DNA of 64,000 nucleotides from Lingula anatina (lineage: Eukaryota; Animalia; Brachiopoda), in assembly GCA_051362555.1 (NCBI GenBank), contig CM120641.1, positions 41,608,401-41,672,400 of the forward strand, written 5' to 3'. This document shows positions 24,819 through 38,046 of this stretch, one piece after another (positions within the stretch are counted from its first letter, which is position 1; every line of letters starts with the position of its first letter). The notes below the pieces were generated by a model, which saw nothing but the letters and a program-made list of their open reading frames with translations, did no database searches and had not been told where the DNA came from. Position numbers and translations under genes: made by a program.

Positions 24819-27800
24819 TTAACCATTTGCATACTGCATTCGAAATTCGACATCAGTACATGTAGTATGATTGCAAACTATCAGTCTCGCAGTTCATTAA
24901 CAAGCTCGAAAAAAGTTTTCGTTGAAAGGAAGTAGAAATGGAATAGTATTGACGTTCTGAAAAAACAACACAAAACAAGTACATTTACAAAGTACTGAAT
25001 CCGCAATTGAATCAATACAGATATTTGTTGAAGAATTATATTAATAAGCTTACCTAACTGAGGTGCCTTTGAATAAAATATTGAGACTTGGTCATGCGCT
25101 GTTTTTTTTTCTTTTTTTATTGAAATCATATTCGTTGGAAGTCGAATTCACACATTGAAAATATATTATCATTTTCTTTGTGCACATCACCAACTCCCAG
25201 AATGACGATGCCAACCATTCTATATACACCAAAAAACAATTCTATTGCTAATTAGTAGGAAATTGCAACTTTTAAGGAAGCGTTCAGATAAACCCAGTGT
25301 ACTAACTGAATCGATCCAAATCTCCCTAAGTGCAATCACTATAATTGGCTTAAATGACTATCTATCTATCTAGGGGGTAAAAAACTAATTAGCAAGCTAC
25401 TCAGAGAGCCGTGTCAGACAATTAAGCTGATTACACTAAATGGAAAATACCCAGCAGAGTTGAATCGAGCAAGCTGGTACGATGTCTGAATCTGAACGCG
25501 GTCTATATATCTGTAAAGTATTTGACAATCCACCCGTCCTTGAGAGCACATGTGCGCACATGCATCATATCCGCGTTCATGTCAATCTCTATATTTCAAC
25601 CAAAATATGTTGATATGTACGGTTGTTAATTTCAACGCTGTAAATGTAAATGGCATATCGCCACGCTTCCGCCTTGCACACATTTTGACGTATAAGTTAT
25701 TTGTTCTCTTGATTTTTTTCTCTCGTAAAGCATGGAAACAATGCATTAAAGTCAGTTGGTAAAACGCCGCTCCGCGTCGCAAATAATACACTGTATCGCT
25801 TACTATCGACAAACTGGTAAAACGAACACTTTCTGCTTAAGATATTGCCTGAATTCCTTTTTTTCTAATTTGCAGAACACTCATGTTCTTTATCAAATTC
25901 CTGGAACACGTCGTGTTTAATAAATACGTTATTTTTCACTCGATGTTCCCCGGGGGACCCTTCCCAGCTTATCTTGCCTTAACCAGGTTGTTATAGTTTT
26001 GTTTATTGTCCCCCATTTTTTCCTCATCAGTGGAGTTTCCGAATCGCATTTGGTTACGCTAAATACAAAAAAATTGAAATATCGCATTTTGTGCTACATG
26101 GTGTAACTTCTCTTTAGACGGGTCGCAGATAGGCGAATACATCGTTTACTTTATCTAGACAACCGGAATAAAAATGCAGATTCTATGATATAGTTTTTTT
26201 TGGTTGAATAACAACTTTCTGTTGGCATTTCTGACATTCGGATTTCTCTACCGGCATAAACAGAATGTCTTCCGTTTTTACACCTTAAAGAAGTCTGGTC
26301 AAGGGCAGAGCCTTTTTATTTTATTTATTTAACTTTATTTATTTATTACTGTTTTTATTGGAGGTTTGAAACACCTTGTCGGAAAGGATAGTTGGAGAGC
26401 ATATTTTACCGAGGCGTTTTCGAATAGTCTAATTCTTTTTTTTTCCGGTGACACTGTTCATGAAACCAAATACCGGTATTAACGTTTTTCAAGCTCTAAA
26501 ATGTCAGCCCAATATATATTTGCATATCAAAACGATCCAAGTTAAAATTCTTTTTTTAAATCTGTGTGACTTAGGTCATTTTCCTTCTGGTCATTTACCT
26601 ACTTCATTTCAAAAATATCTGTTAAAATTTCTTAAAATAGTTTTATCATCGTCTTGGATATACAGAATATACAGATTGCTATTCAGCATTCGGGAAAGGT
26701 TCAAACTTCATTAGCCTCGACATTTAGCGAAAACGAAGATATACAATCACTTGTGAACTTCCAGTAGCATGGAATCTGTGTTATTTGATATTTACTTGCC
26801 TTGTGCGACATTTCACAGCACGTGTTCTCCCCAAGGTAGTTTCATACAGTGGCGCCACGTCGTGGTGCCATGTTGCAGCGATCTAAAGGTGCACTATGAG
26901 CATGATATCTTTATATACGCTGTAGACAAACTTTGAATTCCTGTGAATCTTAGAATTTTGCTTTTAATCATCAAGATGTACCTGTACCATTTCAAAACTG
27001 CTCACAAGATATAGATCCATCAACCCGTTTTGAGTTCAAATGTTTTTAGTTTACTCTCGTCACGGGGATGGAGACTGGTGAATTTCATTCGTCATGGAGA
27101 AAATTAGAAATCTAGAACACGAAAATGAATTTAAAGATCGCAGTGTTATCCATGGTTTGAACTGGCAAAACTTTACTGCTGAAACCTTTAGGAAAAAACG
27201 CTCTTTGTTTGCCTTTAAATAAGATTACAAAGCACTATCATTTCAGCATTTGATTGCAGGTTTATGGCTATGTTTCATTTTTAAACAATGGAGTGGACAG
27301 TCAATGGAGTCATATTGGCAAGTGGTAAAATGTCGATCACGTCTATGGTACTGGGCGTTTTCTACCCAGTTGCCAACAAGCCTTAAGGGTGTTGTCAGTA
27401 ACCATACGTAGATCATTTACTTTAATATCTTTGGCAATTACTTGACAAATGACATACGCTAGAGGAAAGACAAGTTCCTTGAAATCAATTATACCATCGA
27501 GAATGCTGAATTTCAAGTACAATCTGTTTTAGGTCTTCCCTACCGGGTGCATGCGCAGTAACCGGCATATCCTGCCAGAATAGAACATTATGGCCTCTCC
27601 ATACTGGAGATCAAAGATAGAAAAAAGCACTTTCCGTTTTTTCCCTACATACCTCTTCCAAGTGAATTCCCAACAGAACTGAAAGCAAGCAGGAATTGTA
27701 GATAAACTTATTTGCGTGCCATGGTGCTTATTCGTATGGGGAAGCGCTGCTTCAACTACACAGACACCGCGATGCATTATGATGTAACTTAGTAAGAACA

Positions 27801-28227
27801 TCCTTTGCTCCATAGCTTATGGGAATTACAAGCTAACAAACCCACATAACTAAACTTCGGCCGGTCGAAACATTGATTTCTCTTCACTTTTGACTTACTT
27901 AGTTTCAATGTTCTTCTTTGTTTAAAAAGTAAAAGGGTGCAGTGTTTTACAGTTTGTCATCGGTAAGATGCAAACGCTGTAAGCAAGTTCGTCAGCCCAT
28001 ACCTAGCTCTATTTATTTCGAATCGTTTGTCAGGTTTCTTGGAAAACCTAACAAAGCTCTCAAATAAATGGACGTAGAAAAACACCACAATGTCCTTGAA
28101 AGACGATTGCCGAGTGCCATATAGTACTAAATTACGGGTATTGTGAAAAACTTTCTTTTAGACTTTTTTCTAGAAAGCAACTGATTCTGTGTCAGTATCT
28201 CAGTACAGTTTTAGATTCGAATCTCAG

Positions 28228-28230
<3 letters not shown>

Positions 28231-28308
<78 letters not shown>
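28231..28308. repeat. (AT)n microsatellite
   Basis: Read directly from the sequence. Confidence 0.95.
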
Positions 28309-28311
<3 letters not shown>

Positions 28312-29926
28312 AAACTACTTTATGTGTCATTTAACGGAATGAAGCGTCAAAATGTTTTCTTCCAATCGCATTCTATTATTTTTACTGTCAATTTTAGATG
28401 TGCTGTAATCCCGCTGTGGGATCAGCTTTCACTCTCAATATTTCGGTATTATAGGTAAAAACAGGCACTAAGATACGCTAACCAACTAAAGGACGCATAG
28501 TGCCTACTGGTAAAACGGGATTTGTTTCGGATATCAAGGACGCCCTTTTCCAATTTAAAACTTGTTCCTCATTTCTTTACCTCAATGCTGTAGGCAAAGT
28601 AATTCATTCAAAACCTTAAACGAATTACATTAGTCTGAAAGTCATTTTTGTGATAAGATGCACTTATTTTTTGCAAAAAAAAAGGATACATGAAAATGAC
28701 AAGTGTTATTCGAATATCCTGCAATAATTTCACTTGGAAGAAAAAATCAATAACGGCAGTCTTGACATAATGGCCAGGTTGGTAAGGATTATCAAATATA
28801 CGCAAGACTCTGAAGTTTTTTTAGATTGATTCAATTAGGAAAACAAGGTATTGGCCCAAGGTCTAGCATTAATAAAAGTAATAATACTAATAATAAAATA
28901 AAAAATAAGACAACAAAGGACGTTTACAGTAAACCAAACGTAAAATTGCTCTAAATTTAACAGAATAACAGATTATGGATTGACTCTTATGTAATATAGC
29001 TACGTTTCCCTGCGGATATCTTTATTTGGATATGTTTCTTTTGCTTATTAATTCGGTGTCAGTTTATTCTGGGAAGTAGTCAATATCGTTAGCTTTTTTA
29101 TGATCAAAGTAGCATGTTCTTCATTAGAGTCATGTCACGTATCAGGTGTTCAAATACACGGAAATTGATCATCGATATTGTGTGTTTTTAGATATGTGTT
29201 GCATCTCTATCTCATCTTACAAATTACTGCACAGTATACTGCAACTCTATCAATACTGTGTATAGATCATACAGATATGTATATACCGTAGTTAATAGAC
29301 ATATCTTATATATACAAGAATGCGTGTCAGTAACGGAAAGGCAGTGTAAATAGCGCAAATTGCTACCCGGTACTTGGGTGTAATGGCGTATTAATAATGT
29401 TCATGGCATTCTTAATTTTAGAAAAGTTGCAAATATCATTGGATGCAGTTTGAAGCGATCATATACCGCAAAGCTTTTCCAAAAAGTAGATGGACATAGA
29501 TTTCATTGAAGAGATACTCAATCAAATGCTATTAGCTAGCTCTGGCGTCCTGTGAGATGAATCTATAGGTCATTTCTAACGAAATTTACTTCAGCGTGGA
29601 CAGTTAACTGATGCGAGCTGGACGTTAACTGAGATTGATTGGCTGTAAGGGCATATTTGTAATGGTGGCTAATTCTCACGCGGTTGATTCACGCTGGCAG
29701 CATAAAATACCCGTTTTATGGAAAGACTCCTTTGATTACAAACTTAAAGGCCGTTTTGAAAAAACTGATCCATTTAATCAGTTTTGAAAACTTTGACAAA
29801 CGCCTCAGTGCTTTCGGATTATATAGGCTGCGCATTTTAAAACCAGTTCCAGCTGATCTGAGATTAACTTTGGAAATACACTATGAGAATTAAATTGCGG
29901 GCATTAAAAGTTTTTTTCGGTGTCAT

Positions 29927-30215
29927 AGAGCACATTCAAAACAGATAATCTGCAGACTAAAAGTACTTTCAGAACAAGTTGATCCGGAGACTTAATCCGT
30001 TTATTGGCGCGTGCGGATGCGGGTAGACCGCCAGGGAATTAGTCGACACTGCTTTTATGTGGGGCGGCCATATTTAGTCCGCGGATCAGTAAGTCAGCAG
30101 TTCATCTGTTCTAAATGCGCTCTAACTGATCCGCCGACGGCGAGTGCAGAGGTTGGGAGACCATCTTTTATCAGCAGGTCAGTTAGTCCTCGGATCATCT
30201 GTTCTGAATGCGGTC
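29927..30215. mobile_element. Degenerate MITE(s) related to the outer element at 11682-12414
   Basis: AGAGCACATTCAAAACAGAT pairs with ATCTGTTCTAAATGCGCTCT (about 30104-30123). A second similar right end ATCTGTTCTGAATGCGG lies at about 30197-30213. Confidence 0.5.
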
Positions 30216-30289
30216 ATGGGTTTCTATTTGGAAATATGTATGTGAAAAGAAAAAACAAGAGAAAGAAATCAAGTGAAACTTTGTTAATA

Positions 30290-30456
30290 CAGGGCGGATT
30301 TAGGGCGGATTCTGGGTCTTCCGGAAGACGGTCACATTTTCAAGTTTACATTGACGGGTATCTAATTTTTTCTGTCGGAAGACGGTCAAAAATGGAGGAT
30401 GGATCAACAAAGATAAATTGGAAGACTGTCAGAAAATAACTCTGGATCCGCCCCTG
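30290..30456. mobile_element. Short MITE (CAGGGGCGGAT TIR), copy 1
   Basis: CAGGGCGGAT ... ATCCGCCCCTG flanked by TAATA on both sides (5-bp TSD). Homologous along its length to 59285-59451. Confidence 0.75.
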
Positions 30457-31103
30457 TAATACATGTGTTATAATTATAAAGCCAGCCTCGATCGATCCCA
30501 GGCATTTCACAAAATTATTGTAAAACGTCAAAGTTTTTTTCTGTTTATAAGAATATTTCTGCTCACGTTGGCTACCATAAGCCGGCAGCATCTGTCACCA
30601 GAGTACCAGTGCTTAACATTCTTGTGCATAACCGTTCCAAAAAAAAAACTTAAGTGCAGTCAAGGACACATCCGTGCATCAAATATTGATCACCCATGCA
30701 GGCTCTTTACTTTATTTCATAATAATATTTTCAAAACAAAGACATTCAAAAATATGCTAAAATTCCGTCCCATATGTTAAATAATAATGTTAAAGGTCTC
30801 CGTCGAGTTGCCAACCCAAGTGATTTGCCAATCCGCCTAGGCGAGAAGCCAATTGAAATCTCGCCTAAGGAAGATAGTGAGATGTAAATCTTAATGTACG
30901 TAATACTTATTGGCTTATTATAAGAAAAAAAGAGAGTTCAATCATAAGGTAGTCTTGTTTTTGTTTGGAAGGCATCTATATTGCGATAGTTGAGCTTCGA
31001 ATCCATAATGAACAATAGCATGCCAACAAGATCAATGTGCATTGCGTTTGTTTAGCTGTGTAGCAATCAAACAAAAACGCAACAGACTTGAATGTCGGAT
31101 ACA

Positions 31104-31145
<42 letters not shown>
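31104..31145. repeat. (AAT)n microsatellite
   Basis: Read directly; source of the poly-Tyr ORF. Confidence 0.9.
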
Positions 31146-31146
<1 letters not shown>

Positions 31147-34100
31147 CAATTTTTTCTTCGACATAAGTGACTACTATTATTGACGCTTAGTGTGAAACGA
31201 TTTTTTCGAATTGTACTTGCCGTTAAAACTAGCTAGGTTGGTGCCACGACAGAGCAGAGGAATACCTTGGTTTTGCCAAAACTGTGATTTTTAGGCTCTT
31301 TAATATTCGTCCTTCCAGAATTCACAAAATGAAAAATAATTAGAATAGATATTACTACAGTGTACGTAAGAATGCGTTACGTTATCGTGGACGTTTAAAA
31401 TCGTATTGTGATAAGTAGGTAGGAAACCGGTAAGACGGCATCAATCATTATTTTTGAAAACGTGGCATTTTCTAAAAGCTGATTTCCCGAGAGTGTTCAA
31501 AATTGTTCTTATTTTTCCAGTAACACGTATGTTATTTCCGAGCCTATTTCCCATATGCTGAAGTTGCGCTGTTCATCCCAGGCACTGAGTGTATTGGAAA
31601 CGTATTTGTAGTTAACTCATCGCTCGAAGACTGTCCCAGTTTAAGCTCATTTTGTGTGAGATACAACGTTCTGATGAACAATGTATAGTATATATACTTT
31701 CTGAAAGATGTGCCTTCAAAGCCCGCTTATTGTTTCAATGATTCAAACTTATTTTGGACTCAAAACGGTGAACGTCAATCTTACTAGATGGACGAAGTTA
31801 TCACAAGATGTTTATGTCCATCTCGTTATCGAAACTAGAGTTCATATGCAATCCCTAGCTCGTATCAGCCGTCGTATGGCGTATTGTTAAGTCGACATAC
31901 ATTTGTGCCCCCTATATGCTTTGACTCTTGTAGTGTTTCTTTTGGCTTGTACATTTTCAAATATACTCTAAGATAGAGATTGAACATAGTTTCTATTGGA
32001 AACGATCTAACACACGTGAAAATATCAATACCAACATGACCTTTAGGATGTCTTCAGTAAGAAAGCTGTTAAAAATTGTAAAACATTCGTTTAGTTTAAC
32101 CAAATACCTCTGCCAAATGTGCAAGACGCGGTTTTAAGACACGAACGCAATTATAATTAGAAACGTTACGGCCTGCCTTATATCAAATGTTTTGCAAATC
32201 ACTATGTAGAATGCTCTTACGGCTCGGCAGTATACATCTATAGGATCCAGCTCGAACACCCGGCCTTATTCGGAATCACGCATCCCCAATTATATCGAAA
32301 TGTTGTCAATTAAGCTCTTATGCCAAATGTTTCCCCTGGTGCCTGCTCAAATAGTCTAAAGATCTTAGTCTACTAAGACTTAGCCAACTAAGTTGCGTTC
32401 AACAAAGAGTCTATAACGCCGCCTACCTCGTATGATTCAGTTTTTTCACAAGACACTGCGCAAACCTTGATTGTCTTGACGAGGACTTATACTTTATCCC
32501 ATTTATTATGGGCCAGTCATTCTTAAATATCTAAGACAATATCGCAATGTAGACTTTGCTTACATGCACATGTACTAGTCGGCTATTCGATTTTATCAGT
32601 CTATAAGTTTAGCCCAAGAAATTATTACGAAATGGTTAAAAACGATAGCCAGTGACTCATGTCACAGGCAGTTTGTAATAGCTATCAAGCACAAATGTCA
32701 GCAGATAGACATTGGTTGGCTAGTTCTATCCGGAAGCAGAATAAAATGAATTGTCTGTAAGGTAAGTTTACATATACGTGGACAGTTATTGGGAAATTGA
32801 CATTTAGGTGGATTGTTTTTGTCCAACTAATGCACGAAATCACTCCTATTTGTTTCAACCACCAATATTTTTCTTTCTGCTGTATGATGGACATTTTGAT
32901 TTGCTCCACGTTTTTTTGTACACATTTCTTTGCATGCACGTCGAAATACTGAGAAAATCTCCACTTCCTTCTCGTCGCTCTTATCTCTACTTGGATTCTG
33001 GATAGCCTTGTGGCATTAATTGCTTTAAACGGTGATTAGTGTTTATCATCTCCTTCAATGACAAATTGGTGCCAGATGAAAAAGGTTTTATATTACCAAT
33101 TTAAGAGGGACGCACGCACTTTTACACCTCTTAACGATAAGTAATGCGGTTTTATTACCGTTATCCCATAACTGTTTTCGTTTTGGGCGGTAATGAATGC
33201 GCCAGATCAAAAACAAATCACAGAGTTGATTGTGAGGACTTTTCCTATGGAGAAAGGGCAATGTAGTAGGTTTATAAAGATGAATGGACGGGGCGATTGT
33301 GATATTGGGACCCATTTGGTAGTTGAATTGACCTTCATGTATGTTGACCTGCAAAATTAAAGCTGACATTTCTCGTCTGCTAATCTCGTTCAAATGTCAA
33401 GAATTCAGTCACTGAAAGCTGGCGTATGAACGGAGCTTTATCATTCCTAATTTTTAATAATACATGATAAACTACGACTAATATAAAGATTGGAGCAGTC
33501 TATGCGGTATAATTTCTAAAAAGTGCCCAACAAAAGCGCGTTTACCTATGAGGAACTATCTGTCCAAATGCGTGTCATTGAAAGTCAGCATCGGCACATT
33601 TGTAACCCAGTCTCTTGTATTGGAAATATGTGTTTGCATTTGTTAGTCTTTGTGTTTTGTTTTCTTTAGTTGTCATAGGCGTCATTCTCTTTGTGATTAA
33701 TTTTTCCTTTGATTCTTAATGCAAACGACTATAAGACAAAAGATACGGCGCAAACCAGTTTTTGAACCGATTTCCCTCTTAATTTCTCCATTGGTATCAC
33801 GCCGTATCTTTGTTGCGGGAGTAATAAAGGCACAGTCAAGATAAATAGGTAGTGTGGACTGGCATTACACGAGTCAGTTGAGCAGGTACTTCCTTGATAG
33901 TGGCAACTAATTTCCACGAAATGACGCAGAATCATGCAAAAAAGCAATAAAATATACTCGAAGAATCATACTCGAATGTTCTGCGTAAAGCGCCACAATT
34001 GCCAGCAACGCCTTCAAAAGTTGGGTGCGCCTGTCACTGAAGTGTCGCATCAGAGAGATAGGTCATCGTAACCGTTATTACTGCCTTCACACATGTAAGA

Positions 34101-36567
34101 ATAACGTGTATGTCAACATGTTTTATCACTTGAGGGATCGTGAACGCAATCCGGTTCATTATGACATATTAATGTATGACTTAACTTAATATATGCGCAT
34201 GTTCACCTCTAGCAATCAACGGTTGTCAACAACATATCACATACTCATGTAAGTATGACAGAAGTACGTTTGTGAAAAGAATTCATTCAGATTAAATCGT
34301 CGATTATATGCATATTATTACTTTTGATTTCTCGTGTCTCTGAAAAGTAGCTTGACGACGTCATTATCAATTGATTGTATTTGGAGCATTTTGACATGTT
34401 AGACGTCAGCCATGACGCGCGTGTTTTTTTTTTCTCCTTTTTCTACGGAATTTTCTGATTTGCATGTCCGGGTATTTGTAATTCTTATCATACCTGTTTT
34501 CAATAAAAGCACTATTTTTCCCAGATCAAATAAATAGCGGCTATATGCATTTCATTATTGATGATTTATGCAATACTTCTATGAGACGCATCAAAAAGAC
34601 CACATGCCCAACTGGTGTGTGTGACCTCGGATAATTATCGTGCTCAAAAGTACACAAACACCTATGTAAACATGTCGTTCAGTCTGCAGCAATGATAAAA
34701 ACACTACATTTGATTAAGATATCAGGTTTTTATCTTTTCTATCAAAACCCTCAAATATTGCCGTCATATTTTGTGGATTATCATATTCCTGTGAACGGGG
34801 AGCTAAGATGATATATGTAAGCTATCTTCTCAAACCTCATCGGTTTGTGTTTATGTGGCATGACCAACAGCAAAAGCAAAATCACCTGTGGAGATGTATT
34901 ATTTTTCAAAAAAAAAAAAATAGATAAATAAAATAAAAGAAAGAAAAAAATGAAAGAAACAAAGAAATCAAGTATAATGTTTTTTTTTCATACCGAACTG
35001 CGACATGTAGGTCTACAATGCAAGCTACAAATTAACCTAAGTCTTTTTTCATTTCCTTATTTTTCAAAGTTTAGTGTACCACCATGGTCGTCTGCCCTTT
35101 TATAGAGGTTAGAGCTTGGTATTAAAATGATCTCGTTGTCCAGTCACTCTTGATTAATACAAGCAACTTAACGGCTGAAGTGACAAGAGTTGCCATATAC
35201 CAGTACAAATGTATATGTAACATTTGGCCCATTAAGGCGATTCAGTCGTGTTCATATTATATTATCGTTTTATATTCTCGGGTGACTCAATTAACAGCTG
35301 CTAATACAAAAATGAGCTTCCGTCATATTTATTTCAAAGACGGCAAGTATAATTGCATGAACCTGCCTACGCCCATTAGTACCCACTTGAAGGCGAACCC
35401 ACATTAAAGTTTATTTCGTTGTACAGCACGTATAGACCGAATCTATGTACTTTGCGTAAAAGAATGAATTACTCTCTGCGCGTGTTTCGTTGACGTTATG
35501 CAAATACAGGTAGCCTTCATTTCTAAGAAGTCATTACTTTTACATTTATGCAGCTAGAAGCTTCATGCATATAGTGAGAACTCGAATAAATGTGTATCCA
35601 AAAGCAAAGCAAAGGAGGGTTCCAATATGTAACCATGTCATGTCATTGAGTAAATCTAAATGCAACATAGACCTACAATAATTATTTATTATCTTTTATC
35701 ACAAGATTGTCAGTGCACTACATAGCGGAACAACGTATTAGTTTTGCATCTGAAGAAATGCTTAGGTTATGTCTGCACCAATGACATTGGCGTTGAGGCT
35801 TTGGTACTCGTCCCAATTTAATAATAGCCAGTGATTTTCATAAGGAACTAGAATTTATCTTGTTTATATGTAAAATACAATGTATATACTGTATAACACG
35901 TGAATTGAGTAATTGAGAAAAGAATCATGTTACGAATATTAATTCCCTATTTGACAGAATAGAAAGTGACAACGTATATGTTAGCAATTTAAATCTTCAA
36001 AAATATAAGAAGACAGGAAATATGAAATAAGCCCTGTAGTTTTAAAGTAATGTTTTGGGGCCTTTTTAGCCTATATCAAAACAGTACGATTATTTTCAAT
36101 CATGGACATGCATATGCGCCTTACGAGTTGATTATGCCTGCACAAACTGTTATGTGTAAACAAAAAGCCGTCAAATGTTTAAAATACCGAACGATACTGT
36201 GACAATGGATTCTTTTCGATTCAAATGATGTGTAATGGTTATCTTAGAAATGCGTTTTTATCATTGCTGCCGCATTGATACTGGGAGCCGCAAGAAAAAA
36301 AGCGATCAAACTGGTTTTAATGGAAATTAATGGAATATACCCCTGAAACTGAATATATTATAATCGAGAGTTTGGCGAGCTATAGTAATAACTGTACACA
36401 TAAAAGACTTATCCAACATGAGTGTGGTATGGTATTCGCTGTGTTTAATAATCGTTTTTTAAAGAAGCATCGAAATGAGGAAAAGAAAAGAGTAACAAAT
36501 AGCCCTTTACTGTGGACATGTTGCTTCTTGTTTTTCATAAGACGCCTCATTTAGGATCGATGTGATT

Positions 36568-36601
36568 TCACGTGCGTCTCGCTCTTCTCAGTGCGCATGC
36601 G
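36568..36601 (+). promoter_or_regulatory. Putative core promoter of exon B
   Basis: E-box TCACGTG at 36568-36574, initiator-like TCAGT at 36588-36592, and NRF1/EWG-like TGCGCATGCG at 36592-36601. These lie about 540 bp upstream of the ATG, where the sequence becomes richer in CpG. Motif matches only. Confidence 0.4.
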
Positions 36602-37132
36602 TTGCAGACGACGGTATTCAATCAATGCGCTGTTAAAGCCTCGTTGGTTTTTTCCCCAAACATTGTGCCAAGTTACTTCAGACATTCTACGCGACATTGA
36701 TTTGTCCAAAAGGACTTAGTGAGTTAAGTCTACCACAGCCTTCTAATCGTGCCGACCTCAAAGCTCAATCAACAAGAGCTTTAGCCGCTATACTATACTA
36801 AGCAAGTGCAACATGACACAGATTTGTTTGCAGTTCTCAACAGCTGAGTTCGTTGTTAGTTCAGTGAATATCAAATATAATCCTTGTCGCTAGAAACATC
36901 CTCGTCACACTGGGTGCGATGGGAACTGTCCCCCAAGATGATCAGAAAAGAGGACGCCGTTACGTCGAGTGAAATGCAACAAGAGATAAGACGCTTGATA
37001 AAGTCGAACCTCCCAGGATAATAAAGCCGTGTGATAGACGGGTGTGATGGATAGGCGGAGATATTGGAGTTACTGGTACTGGTTAGTATAGCAGGTGAGA
37101 CCGCTGAGCGCGGTGCTGGGAAAAAACACACG

Positions 37133-37904
37133 ATGGTGACAGGAGGCCGTTGGGCAACAGTATTCACCGTTCTTGTCTTAACGAATGTTGGATGTATTAT
37201 TGGTGCTGTGACGACGACGCTGGATCAACCTGGGGCCGATAAAACCGCCTCGGCCTCGGGCCCGGAGAGGCGTGAGGTTAACGTGGCTGTAATTTTACCC
37301 AGAGACAAAATCAGGATGTTTGCAATAGACCGTGTGGCCCCCGGGATCGACTCGGCAATCGCCAAGGTAAACAAGGGTAACATGTTGCCAAACTGGCGTC
37401 TTTCTGCTCTTTACAACGATTCTAAGTGCGACCAAAGTCACGGTCCCATTGCGGCCATTGGATTGGTCATGCAGAAACGCGCGAACGTTTTCTTGGGGCC
37501 GTGCTGTGACTATAGCCTCGCACCAATCGCCCGCTATTCATACTTCTGGGACGTCCCCGTCATCTCTGCTGGCGGTTTTGCCTCCGATTTTGGAGGAGAG
37601 AACAAAAATAGTGGTGAATTCGCCATGCTAACCCGGGTGGGGGCCACCTTTGATTCTCTGACCCTGTCCATCGCTCATACTTTGGAGCAATTTCGGTGGA
37701 TTCGAATGAAATTGTTGTATCATCCGGACGCTTTTCCTGACTCATTGTTCTCCAACTATTGCTTCTTGGCCGCTTCTGCTATTATTAAGTATTTTGAAAC
37801 CGCTAATAAGACAACGGCATCCGGGGAACAGGACTATTACATATTTACTCCAAAACATAACGTCACGAAAATGCTGGAAGACGAGGTGGGCCTTGATTAC
37901 GCAA
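37133..37904 (+). CDS. First coding exon B of a natriuretic peptide receptor-like / receptor guanylyl cyclase: signal peptide plus N-terminal part of the ANF_receptor domain (257 codons + 1 nt, phase-1 donor)
   Basis: First in-frame ATG is at 37133 (the ORF track starts at a TTG, 37064; in-frame TAG at 37052). Leader MVTGGRWATVFTVLVLTNVGCIIGA. Motifs VAVILPR, YNDSKCD, FLGPCCDYSLAPIAR, WDVPVISAGG, MLTRVG, FRW. Ends ...EDEVGLDYA + A, followed by the donor CAA|GTAAGA at 37904/37905. Confidence 0.9.
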
Positions 37905-38007
37905 GTAAGACTTTAACACTTTTCGTGTAATTTGTATTGATTTATATTGATATGGGAATGAAGAGATATATGCGTGCATTGTACACCCGTTTGACCTTTG
38001 AATTGAT

Positions 38008-38046
<39 letters not shown>

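Noticed and set aside
27529-27813. Minus-strand 94-aa ORF with a weakly hydrophobic start and an AG|GTATGT donor-like site at about 27653
   Set aside because: No recognisable homology or partner exons; cannot be distinguished from random sequence without RNA data.
37064-37132. N-terminal extension of exon B in the ORF track
   Set aside because: It starts at TTG; the first ATG, followed directly by a signal peptide, is at 37133.
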